DNA of 4,189 nucleotides from a virus (Duplodnaviria; Heunggongvirae; Uroviricota; Caudoviricetes): IMG/VR virus record IMGVR_UViG_2681813225_000018; one strand, 5' to 3'. Shown piece by piece: positions 1 to 4,189 of this stretch (position 1 is its first letter; each line of letters starts with the position of its first letter). The notes under the pieces were generated by a model. It saw only the letters and a program-made list of their open reading frames with translations, ran no database searches and was not told where the DNA came from. The position numbers and the translations under genes were made by a program.

Positions 1-1
1 A

Positions 2-562
2 CTGCGTCGTCGCCTGTTCCGCTGTGTCTCCATCCGGGAAAACACGGACGGCACCTTTGCCATCACGGCAGTGCAGCACGTACCGGAAAAAGAAGCCATC
101 GTGGATAACGGGGCGCACTTTGACGGCGACCAGAGCGGCACCCTGAACAGCGTCATCCCGCCGGCAGTGCAGCACCTGACGGTGGAGGTGAGCGCGGCTG
201 ACGGCCAGTATCTGGCACAGGCGAAATGGGACACGCCGCGGGTGGTGAAGGGTGTGCGCTTCAGTCTGCGCCTGACCAGCGGAAGCGGAGAAGACAGACG
301 TCTGGTGACCACCGCCATCACTGCGGATACAGAGCACCGTTTCAGTGGTCTGCCGCCCGGGGAATACACCCTGACAGTCAGGGCAATTAACAGTTATGGC
401 CAGCAGGGCGAACCGGCCACCACCACGTTCAGGATTAATGCACCTGCGGTATATAGCGCGGCGATTTTTTTGATACCGATTTGCATTTCATTTGATACAG
501 CTGAAAAACGCCGATACGCAACTTATTTGATACTAAATCGGCGCTTTTCTTTTGAGTTTTAG
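2..562 (+). pseudogene. J: 3'-truncated fragment of a lambda J-like host-specificity (central tail fibre) protein; frame is open at the window start, J-like sequence ends near 448, then the frame runs through terminator DNA to TAG at 560-562
   Basis: Frame starting at position 2 translates to LRRRLFRCVSIRENTDGTFAITAVQHVPEKEAIVDNGAHFDG...GLPPGEYTLTVRAINSYGQQGEPATTTFRINAPA, which I recognise as the fibronectin-III-like middle region of lambda-family J proteins. The last 38 codons (VYSAAIFLIPICISF...) are low-complexity, cover a hairpin/T-tract and do not look like protein. The C-terminal receptor-binding portion expected in an intact J is absent. Confidence 0.6.
504..553. terminator. Candidate bidirectional intrinsic terminator between the convergent J fragment and mom
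   Basis: AAAAA (504-508), then stem CGCCGAT (509-515), 21-nt loop, ATCGGCG (537-543), then CTTTTCTTTT (544-553). An A-tract on one side and a T-tract on the other gives a U-run after the stem on both strands. Lies 27 nt past the mom stop codon on the - strand. The loop is long for a classical terminator. Confidence 0.45.
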
Positions 563-579
563 AATGAGTTTTTAAGCGC

Positions 580-1317
580 TCATTCACTCTCTTTCAAACC
601 AGCTTTAACTGTTTGTGGTTTTGGGTAAGGCTGGACTTTGAATAGCTTTGTGTTGAGGCGTTTTCTGGCCCTCTTGTTCAGAAACCGGATGTAACGAAAC
701 TGTCGGAACTTATGCACACTGGCTCTGTCGATATTAGCCCTCAGATGTTCACCTCGTTGTCCGCCTCGTTTAATGGCATTCCTGCAAATCTCGTGATACC
801 ACTCGCCATCAAGTTCATAGAATGTTGATTCATGGCTGCCTACATAATCAAAATTGCTTGCCTGATACACGACACCAAGACAGCCACAACGCTCATCTGC
901 AAACGACTGAACCCACTGTACCTGCGGATAAAGCTGCCTGATTAGCTTGAGCGCGTAACTGATTGCCCTTGATTCGGAGTTTCTCGGCATACAGTCATGC
1001 ATCCATAGCCGGTTAAGCTCCATATATTCTCGGTTCTGCGTACCCGTTACGACGCGTGCACCACTGTTTGGGTTAAGGGCGTAACCCCATTGCATTACGC
1101 CAACAAGTTCCCGTTCTGAAAATATGCCCAGATGAAGGTAGGAATTATTTACGAAACGGTGGCTGTAATGTTTATTGACGATAACCAGTCTGGCCAGCCA
1201 GCAACTTATTGTCTCAACCCGCAACTCACGGGAGCCATAACCAACGATATTGTCGTTATAGCGAATAAGTTCAGGCGTGCTGATGATACGGGATGTGACT
1301 TGCTTTCTGTTCCCCAC
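580..1317 (-). CDS. mom: Mom-like DNA adenine modification protein (Mu Mom family, predicted acyltransferase-like), 245 aa, GTG start
   Basis: 245-aa ORF whose 5' end overlaps the 3' end of a clear Com homologue by 47 nt, which is the Mu com-mom arrangement. AAGGAA ribosome-binding site 9 nt upstream of the GTG at 1317-1315. Start codon lies inside a predicted hairpin (see 1312-1343). Assignment rests mainly on synteny with com; I cannot align to Mu Mom from memory. Confidence 0.6.
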   Translation of the reverse strand: MGNRKQVTSRIISTPELIRYNDNIVGYGSRELRVETISCWLARLVIVNKHYSHRFVNNSYLHLGIFSERELVGVMQWGYALNPNSGARVVTGTQNREYMELNRLWMHDCMPRNSESRAISYALKLIRQLYPQVQWVQSFADERCGCLGVVYQASNFDYVGSHESTFYELDGEWYHEICRNAIKRGGQRGEHLRANIDRASVHKFRQFRYIRFLNKRARKRLNTKLFKVQPYPKPQTVKAGLKESE

Positions 1318-1471
1318 GACAGGATTTCCTTGTGTATGTGGGGTGCTCTGTGGCGCTCGGAGATGTGATTTGATTGAGGGTTTTACAGCGCGGACATTTT
1401 ACTTCCAGATAACTGAAACTGGCCCGTGCCAGTAGCTTATTGCAGTGTCGGCACCGTATGTTTCGATACAT
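1271..1471 (-). CDS. com: Com-like zinc-ribbon translational activator of mom, 66 aa
   Basis: [35 protein letters not shown]... closely resembles Mu Com as I recall it (MKSIRCKNCNKLLFKADSFDHIEIRCPRCK...), with the same CxxC-x15-CxxC spacing. Strong AGGAGG ribosome-binding site (1487-1482) 10 nt upstream of the ATG at 1471-1469. The track ORF's upstream ATG at 1516 has no ribosome-binding site and adds non-homologous residues. Stop at 1271-1273 lies inside mom. Confidence 0.8.
   Translation of the reverse strand: MYRNIRCRHCNKLLARASFSYLEVKCPRCKTLNQITSPSATEHPTYTRKSCRGEQKASHIPYHQHA
1312..1343 (-). promoter_or_regulatory. Predicted translation-inhibition hairpin in the mom leader, sequestering the ribosome-binding site and GTG start
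   Basis: On the - strand, CCCCAC (1343-1338) pairs with GTGGGG (1317-1312), a 6-bp G/C-rich stem. The 20-nt loop contains the AAGGAA ribosome-binding site and the 3' arm is the mom GTG start plus second codon. Matches the known Mu mechanism in which Com opens a start-site hairpin. Confidence 0.4.
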
Positions 1472-1515
1472 GGCCGCATAACCTCCTGCTTTGTTGTTGA
1501 TGCCTTTCTCATGCA

Positions 1516-1538
1516 ATCGATCGACAAAAACGATCGAT
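1516..1538. promoter_or_regulatory. Inverted repeat ATCGATCG-N7-CGATCGAT carrying two Dam GATC sites; candidate operator or methylation-sensitive site upstream of com
   Basis: Perfect 8-bp inverted repeat arms at 1516-1523 and 1531-1538 around ACAAAAA. GATC at 1519-1522 and 1532-1535. Lies 45-67 bp upstream of the com ATG on the - strand. Confidence 0.45.
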
Positions 1539-1645
1539 TCGATTTGTTTAATTGATACAACAAATAGATTTAAAAGTCATCAACAATGATTCAGGGCGGT
1601 GATTATTTACTTAAAGAAACGAAGAGTTAGGTGGTGAAAACGATC

Positions 1646-1663
1646 ATAAAATGATCATTTTAT
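1646..1663. promoter_or_regulatory. 18-bp perfect palindrome ATAAAATGATCATTTTAT centred on a GATC site; candidate dimeric regulator binding site
   Basis: Exact reverse-complement symmetry across 1646-1663 with GATC at 1653-1656. A further GATC sits at 1642-1645. Abuts a TTGACT hexamer at 1663-1668. Confidence 0.4.
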
Positions 1664-1690
1664 TGACTTTTTATACAGTGAAGGTAGGAT
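1663..1690 (+). promoter_or_regulatory. Possible sigma70-like promoter reading rightward toward the zinc-ribbon gene
   Basis: -35-like TTGACT (1663-1668), 16-bp spacer, -10-like TAGGAT (1685-1690), with a GATC overlapping the -10 (1688-1691). The hexamers are imperfect; this is a weak call by eye. Confidence 0.25.
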
Positions 1691-1695
1691 CGCGC

Positions 1696-1716
1696 GTAGT
1701 ATGTAGTATGTAGTAT
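1696..1716. repeat. Three perfect tandem copies of the heptamer GTAGTAT (iteron-like)
   Basis: GTAGTAT at 1696-1702, 1703-1709 and 1710-1716. A degenerate copy GTAGGAT at 1684-1690 and an inverted copy ATACTAC at 1733-1739 flank the array. Confidence 0.7.
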
Positions 1717-1751
1717 GTTTCAAATCAACAGGATACTACATAAAAGGGAAA

Positions 1752-1777
1752 CCCAGCATAGCTGGAACTATGCTGGG
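1752..1777 (-). terminator. Perfect 10-bp inverted-repeat hairpin; possible - strand terminator or leader structure for the + strand zinc-ribbon transcript
   Basis: CCCAGCATAG (1752-1761), 6-nt loop, CTATGCTGGG (1768-1777). On the - strand it is followed by TTTCCCTTTTAT; on the + strand there is no T-run. Confidence 0.3.
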
Positions 1778-1885
1778 TCAATCTGTAAAAACTTGCATCA
1801 ATGCTTTACTTCGAGCTCGTGGCGTATCCTATGATATTCCCCGGTCTCCTGTAAAGCAGAGATGCATAAAAAGGAGATCTTTATC

Positions 1886-2056
1886 ATGGATAAAGAGCCT
1901 GTTTGCCCTGCCTGTAAGACTCCCTTACAGCTCATCTATCGCCGTTCTCGATCTCAAAATGGCAAGACATACAAACCAAAAAATGCTTCCTGTTTCAGGA
2001 TGCTGATATGTCCTGCCTGTTCTCCCCGGAGGGAAAATACACAAAACGTGCATTAA
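1886..2056 (+). CDS. Small zinc-ribbon protein (56 aa, CPxC...CPxC), putative regulator
   Basis: MDKEPVCPACKTPLQLIYRRSRSQNGKTYKPKNASCFRMLICPACSPRRENTQNVH has two CPAC motifs 31 residues apart and a basic stretch between them. AAGGAG ribosome-binding site (1871-1876) 9 nt upstream of the ATG at 1886. The track ORF starts 8 codons earlier at 1862 without a ribosome-binding site. Transcribed divergently from com-mom. Confidence 0.55.
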   Translation: MDKEPVCPACKTPLQLIYRRSRSQNGKTYKPKNASCFRMLICPACSPRRENTQNVH

Positions 2057-2065
2057 CAAATTCAC

Positions 2066-2085
2066 CCGGCAGGGAAACCTGCCGG
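2066..2085. terminator. Hairpin with GNRA tetraloop between convergent genes; candidate bidirectional terminator
   Basis: CCGGCAGG (2066-2073), GAAA loop, CCTGCCGG (2078-2085), a perfect 8-bp stem. Lies 10 nt after the zinc-ribbon stop on the + strand and 10 nt after the 81-aa gene stop on the - strand. Flanking T-content is modest on both strands. Confidence 0.5.
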
Positions 2086-2094
2086 TCGGTATTG

Positions 2095-2340
2095 TTACAT
2101 CATAGTACCGTCAGTTCCGGGCTGAACCGGCTCTGGTTGCTCTACGGGTTGAGGCTCATTTTCCGTGCTGTTTTCAGCCGGAGAACGACCAACCATTCGG
2201 GCCAGCACTTCATCAACATATGCGTCGATTTGTGCCTCAAAATCCTTGCGAACCTGCGCCTTCAGCACGCGGTTCACTTCTTCAGAATAAAGTGCCTGTT
2301 TGACAAGCTCTTCAGTAACCGTGCCTTTAATCTCTGGCAT
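2095..2340 (-). CDS. Hypothetical small acidic protein, 81 aa; resembles the small conserved proteins found after esterase genes in lambdoid late regions
   Basis: Strong AAGGAG ribosome-binding site 8 nt upstream of the ATG at 2340. Sequence is helix-like and charged (MPEIKGTVTEELVKQALYSEEVNRVLKAQVRKDFEAQIDAYVDEVLARMVG) with a Pro/Glu-rich tail. The overlapping + strand 123-aa ORF looks non-coding. Confidence 0.6.
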   Translation of the reverse strand: MPEIKGTVTEELVKQALYSEEVNRVLKAQVRKDFEAQIDAYVDEVLARMVGRSPAENSTENEPQPVEQPEPVQPGTDGTMM

Positions 2341-2375
2341 GAATATTCTCCTTTCCTTTTCTGGTTCACAAAAAA

Positions 2376-2555
2376 TTAAATCTGACCGGAGTCTTTCGGC
2401 TGCGGCATTACAGCACCGCTTTTTATCTTTTCCTCGGCAGCTGCATCAATTTTATTTCGAAAATAATTGCGAATAATTTTATAACCACCGCTGACAAGCA
2501 ACAGACAACAAACCACCGTGCAGAAATACAGCAGGCAGACGTTTATATATGTCAT
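2376..2555 (-). CDS. Small single-pass membrane protein, 59 aa (below the ORF-track length cutoff)
   Basis: Hand translation from ATG 2555-2553 to TAA 2378-2376 gives MTYINVCLLYFCTVVCCLLLVSGGYKIIRNYFRNKIDAAAEEKIKSGAVMPQPKDSGQI: one hydrophobic segment at residues 5-22, then a basic/charged tail. GTGAGG ribosome-binding site 5 nt upstream. Sits tightly between the esterase gene (57-bp gap) and the 81-aa gene (35-bp gap). Confidence 0.45.
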   Translation of the reverse strand: MTYINVCLLYFCTVVCCLLLVSGGYKIIRNYFRNKIDAAAEEKIKSGAVMPQPKDSGQI

Positions 2556-2612
2556 ATAAGCCTCACTCTTATTAACTGATGTTACAGCCGGATAAATTCC
2601 CGGCCGTCACGA

Positions 2613-4189
2613 TTATGCCGCAGGGGTATTAACCTCAAGGACAACGCTCTCAAAAGACACGCCATAAGTTGCCCCTTTGGTGACATCTGTCAGTGTCAGC
2701 GTATCTTTGGCAGGGGAAAGTGCATCTTTCACCATCTGGAATGCCTGGCCCGGAGTGCCATCCAGCACAGGCGTTACCTGGGCACTTCCCGCCGTAAACT
2801 TCAGGACAAGTGTATGCCACTGGTTATTGTAGGCTCCAAATGATCCCAGTTTCGTATTCCCCCCTGTTTTATGGTGCATCAGATTTAACTGGCCGCCTGT
2901 TGTCTGGAGATAATACGCCATCAGGAACGGTGTGCCTGTACCACTCATGGTTACACCTTCCGGGACCGTATCGGTGTGGAGGTAAATACCCAGAGCAAAC
3001 TGGCCTTCTTTTACTTCACCTGACAGACGGAATTTACAGGTCAACTGACCACCATGCTTCAGAAGTTCACCGGCTGCATCAGTTCCATGGGTAAGCGCCC
3101 AGGTTTTTCCGCTTTGTTTGGATACGGTCAACGCTTTACCTTCGTCCGTCAGCTGGATTGTACCATCTGTAATTTTCCAGCCCTGAGCCGGGGCTTCTCC
3201 TGCTGATGCTTTAAGTGAAAGCAGCGTACGGAGTGACGGGGATGTCGGATGGGGGGACTCACTGCCTCCTGGCTGACTACCTGTCGGCGCTTCCGGTTTC
3301 CCACCCGGCGCGGGCTGAGGCAGGGCTTCACCATCAGGGGCCACACCGGCAATAAATGCAGAGGTCAGACCTGCATATTTAAGAATTGCTGATGCAAAAC
3401 GATCTGAGACCAGAAAACGGCGCGCCCAGGAGCTAAAATGGGTTGCCCTGGATGCTGTTGTCCAGTTGCCATCTCCCCGTGATTCCGCACCATAATACCC
3501 GGCAGAAGCGATATCCGGGTCGTGCTCCGGCAGGTTGGTCGCGGTTTTATTACCGAACTCATCGTGCATCAGTGGAACAAAGTGAATGTTCTCGGAAGCC
3601 CGGTTTTTATATCCGCTATAAATGGTTTCATATGCCGCCGGGTTCTTCTCTTTCCAGTCATAGGTTGTGTCACCACATAACCACGGCACACTGTCTGATG
3701 AACCACCAATACACTGACCGGAGAAAGCACCAAGATCCGCACGGAATTTTTTCACCATCGCAGTAAACTGGGCACCATGCTGGGCCGGGGTCGCTTTAAG
3801 GTCTCCTTCCCCCTGAATCCATACGACAGATAACAGCACATTCTTTGGATTCGCCTCAAGTGCCGCTTTAGTTCGACTGACAAGATCCTGATACAGTGGG
3901 GTATCCACTCCCCAGCGTAGTGACGCCTCGGCTGCACCACTTGCCGGATCGAATGAGCCAACTGCGCCGGTTGTAAAAGCAGAGCCGCCACGGGCACAGG
4001 GAACCAGTAAAATCCCGGCATCAGCAGGAATCACCGGTAATACTTTTTTCGCAATATGAAGTCCCTGCCCCACACAACCATACTGCCCTTTTTTCAGGTC
4101 TGCTTTTGGATGGTTCAGCAGACTCATATTCTGAACATCATGAAGGCAGTGATCTGCTGGAATGATTTCATTGTATTTGCAGGGAATAC
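2613..4189 (-). CDS. Partial (5' end outside window) SGNH/SASA-type esterase resembling prophage sialate O-acetylesterases (NanS-p-like), with a Pro-rich linker and a C-terminal beta-rich domain
   Basis: 504-aa ORF from the track; the frame stays open upstream of the ATG at 4127 to the window edge (...IPCKYNEIIPADHCLHDVQN-MSLL...), so the true N-terminus lies beyond 4189. Contains LLVPCARGGSAF, which matches the conserved glycine block of SASA esterases as I recall it, then a linker PQPAPGGKPEAPTGSQPGGSESPHPTSP and a ~200-aa C-terminal domain. The expected N-terminal GQSN catalytic motif would lie outside the window. Confidence 0.65.
   Translation of the reverse strand, partial: IPCKYNEIIPADHCLHDVQNMSLLNHPKADLKKGQYGCVGQGLHIAKKVLPVIPADAGILLVPCARGGSAFTTGAVGSFDPASGAAEASLRWGVDTPLYQDLVSRTKAALEANPKNVLLSVVWIQGEGDLKATPAQHGAQFTAMVKKFRADLGAFSGQCIGGSSDSVPWLCGDTTYDWKEKNPAAYETIYSGYKNRASENIHFVPLMHDEFGNKTATNLPEHDPDIASAGYYGAESRGDGNWTTASRATHFSSWARRFLVSDRFASAILKYAGLTSAFIAGVAPDGEALPQPAPGGKPEAPTGSQPGGSESPHPTSPSLRTLLSLKASAGEAPAQGWKITDGTIQLTDEGKALTVSKQSGKTWALTHGTDAAGELLKHGGQLTCKFRLSGEVKEGQFALGIYLHTDTVPEGVTMSGTGTPFLMAYYLQTTGGQLNLMHHKTGGNTKLGSFGAYNNQWHTLVLKFTAGSAQVTPVLDGTPGQAFQMVKDALSPAKDTLTLTDVTKGATYGVSFESVVLEVNTPAA

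Noticed and set aside
71-562. The track's 163-aa ORF as an intact stand-alone gene
   Set aside because: The reading frame is already open from the window start, so the ATG at 71 is internal; the 3' end is non-protein-like readthrough into terminator sequence. Treated as a truncated gene fragment.
448-580. Exact Mu right-end (attR) transposase-binding sites at the J junction
   Set aside because: Only loose resemblance by eye to the Mu end consensus as I remember it, and no clear terminal TG/CA boundary or target duplication can be seen within the window; kept only as a hypothesis.
1132-1368. 78-aa + strand ORF
   Set aside because: Lies entirely antisense to mom and the com-mom overlap, has no ribosome-binding site and a low-complexity translation; treated as a spurious antisense frame.
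1271-1516. Longer 81-aa version of com starting at the ATG at 1516
   Set aside because: The extra 15 residues have no counterpart in Mu Com and no ribosome-binding site precedes that ATG, whereas the internal ATG at 1471 has AGGAGG at ideal spacing and restores the Com-like N-terminus.
1696-1716. Possibility that the tandem heptamers are a CRISPR array
   Set aside because: Repeat unit is only 7 bp, with no spacers and no cas genes nearby; it is an iteron-like tandem repeat.
1770-2006. 78-aa + strand ORF overlapping the zinc-ribbon gene in another frame
   Set aside because: Starts inside the hairpin region without a ribosome-binding site, and its translation is Ser/Leu/Arg-rich with no recognisable features; the in-frame zinc-ribbon ORF is the better candidate.
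1500-2094. Holin/endolysin lysis cassette expected after an esterase-type late-region module
   Set aside because: No ORF of suitable size or hydrophobicity exists on the - strand between the 81-aa gene and com; the region is non-coding control DNA plus the + strand zinc-ribbon gene.
2008-2379. 123-aa + strand ORF
   Set aside because: Antisense to the 81-aa gene, which has a strong ribosome-binding site and protein-like composition; the + strand translation is hydrophobic and low-complexity, typical of an antisense frame.
2810-4021. Five short ORFs on both strands inside the esterase gene (2810-3094 +, 3149-3352 -, 3365-3562 -, 3443-3766 +, 3752-4021 -)
   Set aside because: All are nested in alternative frames of the long 504-aa ORF and give Arg/Pro/His-rich translations; judged to be out-of-frame artefacts.

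Overview
This window reads as a mosaic prophage remnant, most likely enterobacterial. On the + strand, a lambda J-like tail-tip (host-specificity) reading frame enters from upstream and loses its J-like sequence near position 448, running into terminator DNA. Converging on it from the - strand is a Mu-type com-mom DNA-modification module: com at 1271-1471 and a mom-like gene at 580-1317 that starts on GTG, with the start codon and ribosome-binding site sitting inside a predicted hairpin. Upstream of com lies a 414-bp AT-rich control region carrying a cluster of five GATC (Dam) sites, two palindromic operator-like elements, tandem GTAGTAT heptamers and a perfect 10-bp hairpin. A small CPxC...CPxC zinc-ribbon gene (1886-2056, +) is transcribed divergently from com-mom. 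Further right on the - strand is a three-gene block: a large esterase-like protein resembling prophage sialate O-acetylesterases (2613 to beyond 4189, 5' end outside the window), a 59-aa membrane protein that falls below the ORF-track cutoff, and an 81-aa acidic protein, ending at a GNRA-tetraloop terminator. No rRNA, tRNA or CRISPR array was seen. All homology statements rest on recalled protein families and were not checked by search.
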